A stretch of 64,000 bases of DNA, from the NCBI GenBank assembly GCA_963845755.1, contig CAWJTV010000039.1:256001-320000 (forward strand). Direction: 5' to 3'. This document shows positions 43,089-53,530 of the stretch, one piece after another. Both the position numbers and the translations under genes were made by a program. Every line of letters begins with the position of its first letter. Positions within the stretch are counted from its first letter, which is position 1. The notes under the pieces were generated by a model. The model was not told where the DNA came from. It ran no database searches and saw only the letters and a list, made by a program, of their open reading frames with translations. Origin of the DNA: an uncultured Planctomycetota bacterium. Lineage in GTDB: Bacteria; Planctomycetota; Planctomycetia; Isosphaerales; Isosphaeraceae.

Positions 43089-43784
43089 TCATGAGCGCGC
43101 ATGCGACGGGTTGCGTTTTTTCAGGTCGCGCCTGATCCCGTGGCTGATTCTACGCCGCCAGAGGGAGAAGCCGAACCACGAACTCGCCAGGCCGACGGCC
43201 AGAATGAACCAACTCGACGGTTCGGGCACGGAGGCAAATGTGATGTTATCGAAGACCAGTTGGAGGTTCCCGCCAGTGAAGACCACCGATTGGGCGGTGC
43301 CGGAAAAGAGCAAGGTTTCCGCGCCGGAGAAGAACTCGTTCGATGGCGGAAGCAGCGGTAGCGTTTCCTGGGCCAGCAGGGTCCCCGTGCCGTCGAGCCC
43401 GCTGTAGATGTTGACTGTCGCGGTCCGGCCGATGGCGATGTCATAAAAGACGAGTCCGGTCGAGAAGCCGCCGGAGACATCCATCGTCATGGACAAGGGC
43501 TGGCCGGCCCCGATTCCTGTGTTGCCGAGCAAGAGCACCGTCGGCGGCGAGGGATCGCCGGGGAAGGGTGTCTGTCGTACCAGCGCCAGGGCATTCGAGG
43601 AGAAGGTGATCCCGTAATTCGGACCGGGACCGCTCCCCAAACTGCCGGAACCGCCGTTGTAGTAGTCATCCACTTGTTCGAGATTCCGGAGCCCTTCGAA
43701 CGTGAGCACGGGCTCCGCCATGGCATTCCCGGACCCGAGAAGCCATGCCAAGGCGACCAGGATGTATCTTCTCATAGCGTTCAT
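43089..43784 (-). CDS. PEP-CTERM sorting domain protein
   Basis: Signal peptide; C-terminal VPEPSS, TM helix, then WRRR. Confidence 0.88.
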   Translation of the reverse strand: MNAMRRYILVALAWLLGSGNAMAEPVLTFEGLRNLEQVDDYYNGGSGSLGSGPGPNYGITFSSNALALVRQTPFPGDPSPPTVLLLGNTGIGAGQPLSMTMDVSGGFSTGLVFYDIAIGRTATVNIYSGLDGTGTLLAQETLPLLPPSNEFFSGAETLLFSGTAQSVVFTGGNLQLVFDNITFASVPEPSSWFILAVGLASSWFGFSLWRRRISHGIRRDLKKRNPSHARS

Positions 43785-44104
43785 CCCTGTGTCCCCGCGA
43801 TTCCCAAACTGGAGATGAGACGGATCGTCGTAGAACCTGGGAGGTGTCTCATCGCGGATTCGGAAGCTTCTACGATGGTCCAGGCGCTGTTGTGACGATC
43901 GTTTGTCTTCAATCTATCCCGGTGAGATCCCGAATTCCCTCAACACCATCCTGGGATTTAGCGTAACCCGCATGCGCGATTCAACTACGGATCGGCAGCA
44001 TTCCGAACGATCTGCGAACCAAATATCATCATGTCGATGGCGATAATCGAGGCACGCCGAATCGCGCAATCCCTTAGGTGAGACGCCCGCATCACAAGAA
44101 TGCC

Positions 44105-44992
44105 TCACCCCAGCCCGATCGACCGTAGATACTCATGCGTCCGCCGGGCGATCGGCAACGGCTTGTCGAAGGGGGCCGGGTACATGTCCTGCTCGACGGT
44201 CGCCCAGCCGTCGTAATCCGCCTCGCGGAGTGCGTCGCGGAAGGCGATGAAGTCCACGGTGCCGTGATCCGGCTCGCAGAACATGTCGTTGCCCACGGCG
44301 ATGGCGAACGGGATCCGCTCGCGCTCGACCCATTGCTGCTTCTGCGGGTTGACGCTCTTCAGGTGCAGGTAGCGGATGCGGGCGTGATGCCGGCGGAAGA
44401 AGGCGACCGGGTCGCCTCCGCGATAGGCGTGATGTCCCGTGTCGAAGCAGAGCGAGACACGCCCCGGGTCGGTCTGTTCGAGGAATGCCTCGATCTGGTC
44501 CTCGTACTCGACGTGTGTCTCGGCGTGCGGGTGATAGACCAGTTGCAGACCGAGTCGGCTTGCGGCGAGGTCGGCCGCGCGATGGGTGGTGTCGATCAAT
44601 CGTTTCCAGCCGTCGTCATCGAGTCGCGACGTCCGGGTGGGTTCACCGGTGAACAGGTTGGAATACGTGTCGTCAATCAGCACCATGAACCGGCCGCCCA
44701 GCGCGGCGGCGAGCTCACCGCCGCCGAGCATTTGCCGCTGAAGCTCGGGCCAGACGGCGGGGTCTTCCAGGTGGACCATGGTGAAGGCGGCGGTCACCTT
44801 GAGCCCGCGCCGATCGAGCTCGGCGAGGAGGTTATTCGGGTCCGTGGGCATATAGCCGTACGGGCCCAGCTCGGTCCACTCATAGCCGGCCTCGGCGATC
44901 TCGTCGAGGAACCGCTGCCAGGGTGTCTGCTTGGGATCGCTGGGGAACCAGACGCCCCAGGAGTCCGGCGCGCTGCCAATTCGGATGTTCAT
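44105..44992 (-). CDS. IolE-like sugar phosphate isomerase/epimerase (probable 2-keto-myo-inositol dehydratase)
   Basis: GSAPDSWGVWF, ELGPYGY, YHPHAETHVE, FDTGH, HLKSV, VEQD; downstream of iolD. Confidence 0.8.
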   Translation of the reverse strand: MNIRIGSAPDSWGVWFPSDPKQTPWQRFLDEIAEAGYEWTELGPYGYMPTDPNNLLAELDRRGLKVTAAFTMVHLEDPAVWPELQRQMLGGGELAAALGGRFMVLIDDTYSNLFTGEPTRTSRLDDDGWKRLIDTTHRAADLAASRLGLQLVYHPHAETHVEYEDQIEAFLEQTDPGRVSLCFDTGHHAYRGGDPVAFFRRHHARIRYLHLKSVNPQKQQWVERERIPFAIAVGNDMFCEPDHGTVDFIAFRDALREADYDGWATVEQDMYPAPFDKPLPIARRTHEYLRSIGLG

Positions 44993-45094
44993 GATTGGGA
45001 ATTCCTAAGAAAATCGAGAATCTTGAACACGAAATACACGAAAAATGCAAAGAAAAAGAATTATTAAATTCGCTACAATCAATTTGAATTTTTC

Positions 45095-46325
45095 GGTGGT
45101 GTCCTATGGAATTTGAACGCAGTAAGTTCTTCGTGTATCATGGGTTCCTCGACATGACCCCATTTGCTCTGGTCCCAGGATCATGGAGGCACTGCCATGG
45201 AGGATCTTTCCGGCTTCTGCTGCCAGCGTGCGGATTGCCCCGATTACGGCCTGCGTGGGCTCGGCAACCTGTCGGTCTGCGGCACCTACGGCCAGGGCCA
45301 GCCCATCCGCCAGCTCTACTGTCGCACTTGCAAGGCCCGTTTCTCCGAGCGCAAGGGTACGCCGCTGTACCGCTCCAGCTTGCCCCGGGAGACGACCATC
45401 TCGCTGATCGAACATCTCGCCGATCGCACCGGGGTGCGGGCCACCGCTCGACTCCTCGGTGTGCACCGCGACACGGTGGTACGTTACCGCCGAGTCCTGG
45501 GCGAGCACGCCCGGCAACTCCACGACGAGCTCGTGGCTTTTTCCCCCTCGGACGGAAGAGGTCCAGTTCGACGAGAAGTGGTCGTTCGTGTTCAAGAAGC
45601 AGGAGCACTGCGACCCGGGCAATCCGGCTGATGACCAGCATGGGGATTGGTGGGACCACACCGCCTACGATCCCGAGCACAAGCTGGTCCTTTGCGTCGT
45701 CCCCGGGGCGCGTGGGGCCGAGGAGGTCGAGGCCGTGGTCGCCGCGGCCAAGCAGCGGACAGGAGACCACCCCGTGAGGCTGATGACCAGCGACGACTAC
45801 CCGGCGTACAAGGAGGCGATCCTGCGCATCTACGGGAGCGAGGTCACCGCGACGCCGACGGGCCGCGACAGCAAGCGGATGGTGCCTGAGAAGGTACCGC
45901 CGCCGGAGCTGACCTACGCCACGGTCGAGAAGCGGCGGCGGCGGGGTCGGGTGGTGGAGATCCTGGTCCATCTGATCTTCGGCACGCTGGCGGCGCTGGC
46001 CAAGGCGTTGCGGCTCTCGAAGGTGAGCCGACAGGTCAACGTCTCGTTCCTGGAGCGGTACAACGCGACCGACCGGCACAAGAACGCCCGGAAGGTGCGG
46101 AAGACGTACACGTTCTCGAAGGATTGGCGGGTGCACGAGTCGATGACCTATTTTACGATGTACAGCGATAACTTCTGCTGGCCTGTGAGGACGTTGGAAT
46201 ATCGGGACGACGATGGCCGGGTGCGAAAGAGGTCACCGGCGATGGCTGCCGGCCTGGCCGACCACGTCTGGACGATGCGTGAGTGGATCACAATGCCATC
46301 TGTTCAAATTGCGTAGGACACCACC
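45095..46325 (+). mobile_element. IS1-family insertion sequence, copy 2 (1231 bp, apparently identical to copy 1)
   Basis: Same IRs; unambiguous 8-bp target duplication AATTTTTC (45087-45094 and 46326-46333); all internal ORFs identical at a constant offset of 35062. Confidence 0.95.
45197..46316 (+). CDS. IS1-family transposase (two ORFs joined at T5C5, 45538-45547)
   Basis: Identical to 10135-11254. Confidence 0.88.
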
Positions 46326-46374
46326 AATTTTTCGTGTATTTCGTTTATTTCGTGTTCAATTCCCGGTGTTTTTT

Positions 46375-48271
46375 TCAGTAATAATACCGCTGGACCCGCC
46401 GGCGATCGCGTTCGAACTCCGCCCGTAGCTCGCGGGTCTTGGCGTCCTGGCTGACCTCGGCCGGAGCCACGTCCCACCACGCTCCACCACCCGGCAGGAA
46501 CCGGTGCTTCTCGGCTTCGACAACGATCACACAGGTCCGCGGCTCGGCGCGAGCCTCGTGTAGGGCCTGGCGGAGCTGCGCGGGCGTCTCGACGTGCCAG
46601 GTTCGGGCTCCGAAGCTCGCGGCGTTCGCGGCCAGGTCGATCGGCAGGTATCCTCCTTCGAGTCGGTTGGTCTCCGGATCGCGGCGCCGGAACTCGTTGC
46701 CGAAGCTGACCCCCGTGCGCCACATCTGGAGCCGGCGGATGCACTGATATCCGTGGTTCTCGGCGAGGACGATCGTGAGCTTGAGACCCTCTTGCACGGC
46801 GGTTACGATCTCGGTCGGGTTCATGAGATACGTGCCGTCGCCGATGAGGACGTAGACCTCGCCTTCGGGTTGGGCCAGGCGGACGCCCAAGCCGGCAGGG
46901 ATCTCGTAACCCATGCACGAGTAGCCGAACTCGATGTGGCAATCGCGTCCGCCGGTGGAGTCCCACAGCTTGAGCAAGTCACCCGGCGGTCCGCCCGCGG
47001 CGCCAATGACGGTGTCGCCGGCCGTCGCTTCGCCGTTGAGCACTCCGATCAGTTCGCCCTGACTCATCGCCTCGCCTTCGTGATGCGTGTAGACCTCGCT
47101 CTGCATCTTCTCGGCCCAGGCACGGCGGGCGGCGGCGACCTCGTCGCGGTAAGCTGGCCGCGGCCGAATCCCGGCCCCAGCGGCGGCCTGGTTCAGGGCT
47201 CGCAAGGCTTCGCGGGCATCGGCGAGGATCGGCAAAGCCGCTTGCTTGTACGCATCGTGGCCGCAGACGTTGATGCTGACGAACCGGACGCCCGGGTACT
47301 GGAAGCACGATTGCGACCCAGTGATGAAGTCGGTCAAGTCGGGTGCCGACGCAGATCACCAGATCGGCCTGCGCCACGATCGTCGCCGAGGCGCCCGTCC
47401 CCTCCAGGCCGTGGCCGCCCAGCGCCATCGGCGAAGCCTCCTTCATCGCCCCCTTGCCGGCAAAGGTCTCGCCCACGGGAATGCCGAGCGCCTCGGCAAA
47501 CTCCTGAAGCTTGCGCCAGGCTTCCGAATAATGCACGCCGCCGCCGGCGATGATCACCGGCCGCTTAGACTCGGCAATCAGCCCGACCGCCTCGCGAATC
47601 CGCTCGGCATCGGGCGGCCGGCGCTCGACCCGCCATCGACGTTCGCGGAAAAAGTGGGCGGGATAGTCGTAGGCGTGCGCCTGGATGTCTTGCGGCAGCG
47701 CGATCGTGACCGCGCCGGTCTCGGCCGGGTCGGTCAGCACGCGCATGGCCTCGGGCAAGGCGGTCAGGATCTGCTCGGGCCGCGTGATCCGGTCGAAGAA
47801 CCGGCTGACGGGGCGGAAGCAGTCGTTGACGCTGAGATCGGCCGAGACCGGGTGCTCGAGCTGCTGCAACACCGGACCCTGGTGCCGGGTGGCGTAGTAA
47901 TCGGAGGGGAACAACAACACCGGCAGGCGATTGATGGTTGCCGCCGCGGCCCCCGTGATCATGTTGGTCGAGCCGGGCCCGATCGACGCCGTGCAGGCCA
48001 GCGTGGCCAGCCGACGGTTCGCCTTGGCGAAGCCGATCGCGGTGTGGACCATCGACTGCTCGTTGCACGGCTGGTAATAGGGGAGATCCTGACCGCACTC
48101 CTCCAGCGCCTGGCCCATGCCGCAGACGTTGCCGTGGCCGAAGATCCCGAACATCGCGGGGATCAGGCGGCGGGTTCGCCCGTCGCGCTCGCTGTACTGC
48201 GATTGAAGGTACTTCACCACCGCCTGCGACATCGTGAGGCGGATCGTTTCGGGGATGGGAGAGGTGATCAT
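46375..48271 (-). CDS. iolD: 3D-(3,5/4)-trihydroxycyclohexane-1,2-dione acylhydrolase; frameshift near 47340
   Basis: TIRLTMSQA, IFGHGNV, NEQSMVH, SIGPGSTNM, ALPQDIQA, EFGYSCMGYEI, IGDGTYLM, AWWDV. Confidence 0.92.
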
Positions 48272-48320
48272 GGTGTCGTACTCCGTTTGCAGTCTGGTGC
48301 GTGTAGCATGCCTCGGTTTT

Positions 48321-48794
48321 CTATGACCTTTCGCTTGCTCGGCTATAGTACCCCTTGATCCCGATGCCGATTGAGTTGAAGTACCGCCCATCGGGGTCAT
48401 CCTCCGACTCGGGCAACACCGGGCGCCAAAGGCTCAATTCGAGGGCCGGGAAGATGTATGAGAAGCCCAGTTCCGGATCAGTCTCGTCGAAGGGAGCCTC
48501 CTGGACGACGAAGGCCACCAGATCGGTCGCAGAAGTATCGAAGACATCCTTGCCGCGATGGAATGCCTTGAAATCGCCTCCGTCTCCTAATTCGATGTAC
48601 TCGACTCGGGGATCGTCGCCCTCGTAGAAGATTTGAAACTGGTTCTTGTGAAAGGCGTCGGTCTCGTAACGGGATGTGCCTCCCTTGCTGAAACAGAACG
48701 GCTCACGGCCCATCGCGCTGCGAGCCTCATCGCGGGACATGCCCAGGCGGACTGGACCGACACCCACTCCGGGTACCACATCATAATTCGTCAT
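48321..48794 (-). CDS. Hypothetical acidic protein (VVPGVGVGPVRLGM N-terminus, GIKGYY C-terminus)
   Basis: Own GAGGAG RBS and ATG at 48794; joined to the upstream enzyme in the ORF track only through a frameshift. Confidence 0.7.
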   Translation of the reverse strand: MTNYDVVPGVGVGPVRLGMSRDEARSAMGREPFCFSKGGTSRYETDAFHKNQFQIFYEGDDPRVEYIELGDGGDFKAFHRGKDVFDTSATDLVAFVVQEAPFDETDPELGFSYIFPALELSLWRPVLPESEDDPDGRYFNSIGIGIKGYYSRASERS

Positions 48795-48817
48795 GGCTGA
48801 CGTCTCCTCATTGCCGA

Positions 48818-50021
48818 TCAGGTCTCGGATGTCAACCCGCCGGAAACCCGCCGGTGCAAATCCGCCCGTGCCAGCACATCTGGCCGCAATTTCACCCCGA
48901 GGCCCGGTCCCAGTTCGAAGGTCGGCGCGACCTTCGCGGATCGGCAGTGGTCGATCGAGCAACTCCAGGTAATAGCCTTCATAAAAGCCCCGCACCGTCT
49001 CCTGGATCATGACGTTCTGGACCGCGGCGCAGAGGTGCAGCGACGCAAACACGTTGATCGGCCCGGTGCAGTCGTGGGGGGTGATCGAAAGGTGATACGT
49101 ATCGGCAAGGGTGGCGATCTTGAGCGCCTCGGTGATCCCTCCGGTCCAGACCACGTCCAGCATGACGATGTGGGCGGCCTGCCGCTGGAGGATCTCGCGA
49201 TAGGCGTATCGCGTCATCCGACGCTCGCTCACGGCCTGCGGGATGCGGCTTTCGCGCACCAGGCGGGCCAGGTCGTCGGCGCTATCGGGCTGGAGGAAGT
49301 CTTCCATCCAGACCACGTCATACGGCTCGAGGGCCCGGGCGATCCGCAGGGCACAGTTCAGGTCCCAGCGCGAGTGGCCCTCGATGGCGATCTGCATCCG
49401 ATCGCCGACGGTCTCGCGGACCTCCTTGACCACCCACAGGCCGGCGTACAGATCGTCCGGCGAGAGGTAATTGCCGGGCGGACCGACGGCCGCCCAACCG
49501 GCCGGTCCGGTGTCGTGGGCCAGCCGCAACTGCGGGGCGAACCGGTCCCAGGGCCAGACCTTCATCTGCCGGATGCCTTGATCTAGCAGCGAGCGCACCA
49601 GCTCGCCGGGCCGCTCGAGGAACGCGTCCTGGTCGGCGTACTTCGGCGTGTTGACGCAGGTGTTGTAAATCGGGATCGAATCCCGGCAGCGCCCGCCAAT
49701 CAGGTTATAGATCGGCTGGCCCAGGTGCTTGCCTAGCAAGTCCCAGAGCGCGATATCCAGGGCCGAGAGCGCGCGCATCTCAGCCCCGGCGAAGCCGAAG
49801 AAGTTGGCGTAGGCGAAGAAGGTCTGCCAGTGCCGCTCGCGGTCGAATGCCGATTGACCTAATAGCAGCGGTGCGACGTAATCGTGGATGACCGCCTCGA
49901 CGGCGCCGGGGACGTGATACGTCTCGCCCAGCCCGACCAGGCCGTCGGACGTATGGATCTGCACCCAGATCAATTGAGGGTGCTCGGGGAGCCGAATCGT
50001 CTCGAGCCGGGTGATCTTCAT
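48818..50021 (-). CDS. Mandelate racemase/muconate lactonizing (enolase superfamily) dehydratase; frameshift near 48915
   Basis: GLVGLGET, ALDIALWDLLGK..QPIYNLIGG, WMED, GGITEALKIA, PHDCTGP; the natural end GPGLGVKL lies in the next frame. Confidence 0.88.
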
Positions 50022-50074
50022 GGCGCCTCCTGACGAACGAATACGGCTTGCTCGCGGACGAGGCCAAGACGCGA

Positions 50075-50176
50075 TGCGCGAACAGCGTTCGGCCTTTGTA
50101 GGGTGGGTGAAACCCACCAGGATCGGCCCACGTCTCGGTGGGTTTCACCCATCCTGCCCGGATCTCGGGCAGTCTC
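50075..50176. repeat. Second REP doublet in a MITE-like shell (inverted relative to 24941-25050)
   Basis: GGCCTTTGTAGGGTGGGTGAAACCCACCAGGATC...TCTCGGTGGGTTTCACCCATCCTGC..TCTCGGGCAGTCTC. Confidence 0.75.
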
Positions 50177-50930
50177 GAATCGTCTGGACCGCCGCCCGGA
50201 GCATCAGGCTGAGATCGCCGCCCATCGACAGCCAGTTTACGCCGCGCGCGACCCAGTCCGCCAGGATCTCGGGATCTTCGCCGACGCTGGTCCCGACCGG
50301 GACGCCGGCATCCCGGCATCGGGCGATCACCGAATCGATGACGCCGAGTACGTCCGGGTGCCGGGGTTGGCCGGTCAATCCCATCGAGCCGGCCAGGTCG
50401 TTCGGGCCGAAGGCGATGCTCGCCAGCCCCGGCACGGCGAGGATTTGATCGATGTTCGCGACGGCGTCGATGTGTTCGACCTGCACGATCGGCAGGACGC
50501 GCGCATTCGCCTCGCGGCAGAACTCGGGACCGCCCAGCCGGCCGTATTGCGAGGGACGCCTCGGCCCAAACCCGCGGATCCCCTCGGGCGGATAGAGGCA
50601 CGCGGCCACGGCGCGGCGGACGTCCTCCGCCGTGCGGACCATCGGCACGATCACCCCCGCCGCGCCCAGGTCCAGCACCGGCTTGATCAGCACCGGATCG
50701 TTCCACGGCACCCGCACCAGGGGAGCCGCGCCGGTCGCCCGCGTCGCCATGACGTGCCCCTGAACGGCCTCCAGGCTCAGGACGCTATGCTCCATGTCGA
50801 TCCAGAAGAAATCGAACAACGGGCCGAGTGCCTCGGTGATGGTCGGATCCGTCAGCGAGATGACGGTGCCCAGGCAGAGCCTCCCCTGGCGGAGCTTGTC
50901 GCGGAAGGTTTCGGCATGATCCCATGACAT
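50145..50930 (-). CDS. HpcH/HpaI family aldolase
   Basis: WIDMEH, LVRVP, VLDLGAAGVIVPMV, YPPEGIRG, QVEH, GPNDL. Confidence 0.9.
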   Translation of the reverse strand: MSWDHAETFRDKLRQGRLCLGTVISLTDPTITEALGPLFDFFWIDMEHSVLSLEAVQGHVMATRATGAAPLVRVPWNDPVLIKPVLDLGAAGVIVPMVRTAEDVRRAVAACLYPPEGIRGFGPRRPSQYGRLGGPEFCREANARVLPIVQVEHIDAVANIDQILAVPGLASIAFGPNDLAGSMGLTGQPRHPDVLGVIDSVIARCRDAGVPVGTSVGEDPEILADWVARGVNWLSMGGDLSLMLRAAVQTIRDCPRSGQDG

Positions 50931-50973
50931 GGGATGGACTCCATGTTGAGACTCGTAGCCTGGCACGCTCGCT

Positions 50974-51354
50974 TTAGACCTCGGGGATCTGCTGTTTCCC
51001 CTGATCGCTCCTCCAACGCTCCATCAGTCTTGCGAGCCCATCCGCATAGTAGGCAACGCGACGGTCGTCGCATCCGGCCAACGACGAGTTGTTCCAACGT
51101 ATTGCAAGTGGCAATAGCAATAAAACGTACGATGAAATCGCGGCCATCATCATCCCGATCGCAGCGATTCCAATGAAACACGCGAACGACAGGAGGCCTG
51201 GGGGAGGCCCCAGGATTGCCTCGGGCCCCCATACCGTAACGAAGAATCCGACTGCCGCGAATATGCCGAAAAGAAGGCACGCGACGAAGAACGGACAACC
51301 GAGCGTCATGATCAAGACGATCGATAGCAGGAGCCTCTTGCGTCCCCTCGACAT
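50974..51354 (-). CDS. Small hypothetical membrane protein
   Basis: GAGG RBS, two long hydrophobic segments, co-oriented with its neighbours. Confidence 0.55.
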   Translation of the reverse strand: MSRGRKRLLLSIVLIMTLGCPFFVACLLFGIFAAVGFFVTVWGPEAILGPPPGLLSFACFIGIAAIGMMMAAISSYVLLLLPLAIRWNNSSLAGCDDRRVAYYADGLARLMERWRSDQGKQQIPEV

Positions 51355-51437
51355 GTTTCCACCTCGATTGATGTACGAAGCCTCGTCCTCCGACACGGAT
51401 CATCGGATCGCCGGGCTGAGCACCGCGGCCGGTAACA

Positions 51438-51920
51438 TCAATCCCAGCGCGCCTGCGGCTTCTGCTTCCACAACCAGATGATCCAATCCACGTTCTTCGG
51501 CTCACCGCCGAAATCCTTGAGCCGGGTCATGCACTGGCCGCGATGGTGCTGGGTGTGCATCGCCACCTGGACCATCGCCTCGGCCACCGTGATGACGCAG
51601 GGCGGATCGGGAAACCAGGGGATCCGAACGGTCCGCGACAGCGCCTCGGCATCCAGGCTCGCCGCGTAGTCGCGCAGCCCGGCGTGAGACGTCCTGGCGC
51701 GCTCCTTCAACGCCTCGAAGGAATCGGGCGGACCGCTCGGCGGACGCCCGGGCTCCTCGCCGCGCAGGATTGACAGGAATCCTTGCTGCACCCCAATGAT
51801 GTGGCCGACGCGCTGGCGCATCTCCTCATGGTCCCGCGCCGGAGACTTCTCCCAGGCATGGAAGAACACGTCGTTGGCCCATTCCGCGTGGTCCACGATC
51901 TCGCGCAGAAACGTAAGCAT
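51438..51920 (-). CDS. DinB family protein
   Basis: HAEWAN..GHI..QVAMHTQHHRGQ histidine triad. Confidence 0.88.
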   Translation of the reverse strand: MLTFLREIVDHAEWANDVFFHAWEKSPARDHEEMRQRVGHIIGVQQGFLSILRGEEPGRPPSGPPDSFEALKERARTSHAGLRDYAASLDAEALSRTVRIPWFPDPPCVITVAEAMVQVAMHTQHHRGQCMTRLKDFGGEPKNVDWIIWLWKQKPQARWD

Positions 51921-52027
51921 AGAAGAGCTCCTTGTATCCCGAACGCAACGCACCGACGTCGTCCACCAAGACGGTCGGGTCGTCTCAGCAGGATCGTCTG
52001 CTCCAACACCCATCGACGATCGGCCGG

Positions 52028-53156
52028 TCAAAGCCGCTTCACGAATTCCTTCATCTTGCCTCGCGTATCGGGCAAGCCGAACTTGTGGAACAGGAAGGTC
52101 ACATTCCCCCAGGTCCACGCCGGGCCGCAATGGGCCAGACGTCGGAGGACGTCCTTCTGGAACTCGGTGAGCTCGCTCGCCTGGCGAGGTCCCTTCGGCT
52201 CGTCGAAGGCGAGGTAGAGGATCGCGCCCACCATCGTGATGCTGCCGCTATCGCCCCCTTGCAGCCGACCCAGGCGCATCGAGCATCCGTGGGACCGTCG
52301 TCTTGGCCGCCGAGGCGCCGAGCCGGGCCAATGCGGCGGTCACGGCCGCGACGACGCTCTCGCCGTCCGACCAGGGAATCTGAAGATACACCTCATCGAT
52401 CGGTCCCGGGTCGGCGATCGCTTCCATGAGCCGATCGACGGCCGCTTCCGGTGTGCGTTGTCCGGCGATGCGCGCCAGCGCAATCGCCGCCGCGATGCGG
52501 ACCGGACGCGCGTGGACGGGATCGAGGTAACGCTCGACCAGAGGGCCGACATCACCCCCGCCCGCGCAGGGCAAGCTCAGGAGGATGCTCGCCTTGACGC
52601 GATCGTCCGCCTCGACTTTCAGGCGTTCTTCCACGCGAGGAACGATCTCCGCGGCACGATCGCGGCCCAAAGCTAGCGTGTAGGCGGCGGAGAATCGGAT
52701 TTCCGGTCGGGGATCATCGAGCAACTTCAAGTAAACCGGAGTGCCCGCCACGACGGCCAGCCGGGCCGATTCCACCCATCCCAGCTCCTCTCGGAGTCGC
52801 TCGTCCCATTCGGATCGTTTCCTCTCGTCTTCGAAGGCCGACGCCTTTTCGAGCAAGGGTCCGTGGACATCGAGATAGGAATTTCCACAGGCGAGCGCCG
52901 CGACGTAGACCAGAAGTTCGGCCTTGTCTTGCACGGTCGCCGATTCCAGCAACTCGATCAAGAAGGGGACGGCATGAGACGTCGCCGAATAGACGGTGCC
53001 CTGATGGATGACATTGCTCCACAACGCCGAGCGCGCCTGCTCGCGAGTCCCAGCCTCGTCCGAGGCCAGGTCGCGAATCAGGTCGGGCACATCTTCCGCG
53101 GGACCATAGGCGTGCTCCAGGCTTGACCAATCGATGCGATCGAGTCCTTCCAGCAT
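52028..53156 (-). CDS. HEAT-repeat protein; frameshift near 52285
   Basis: LDRIDWSSLEHAYGPAEDVP..HQGTVYSAT..VPFLIELL; LLDDPRPEIRFSAAYTL. Confidence 0.8.
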
Positions 53157-53530
53157 GGCAGCCTCCACCAGAAAGTCGTCCGATCCGCGATCCGAAGTCG
53201 TGCCACGTCCCACCGATCATGTTAACACGTACAGGCATTCTGCCGATCATGGCGACGCTTTGCAAGGGATTGGAAACCCCGGCCACCGACCTGAGAGGGG
53301 TTTACCAGAGCCCCAGGAGTAGCGGGCCCCGGCTTCTTCCGGTGCCGGCCCGCGAAAAGCACCCGTTATGGAGAGATGGCGGACTTTTGGAGGTGGATTC
53401 AAGTCTGCCGATCGCGATGACGATATGAATTGCAGGGGCGTTTCTGCTTGGTACTTGCGAGGACTCGGCACGGACGTGAAGCGGATGATCGGCGAACGGA
53501 TGGACAGAGGGATCGCGCATGCCCCTAGCG

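Larger units (their letters stand above)
45023..46359. repeat. 9-bp periodic inverted-array hairpin (ACACGAAAT)n / (ATTTCGTGT)n split by IS1 copy 2 (~98 bp before insertion)
   Basis: Left arm TTGAACACGAAATACACGAAAAAT; right arm TTTTTCGTGTATTTCGTTTATTTCGTGTTCAA. Confidence 0.8.

Noticed and set aside
48321..50117. 598-aa fusion of the dehydratase with an unknown domain
   Set aside because: The natural dehydratase C-terminus (GPGLGVKL...stop 48818) is in another frame and the downstream part has its own RBS and ATG; an indel artefact.
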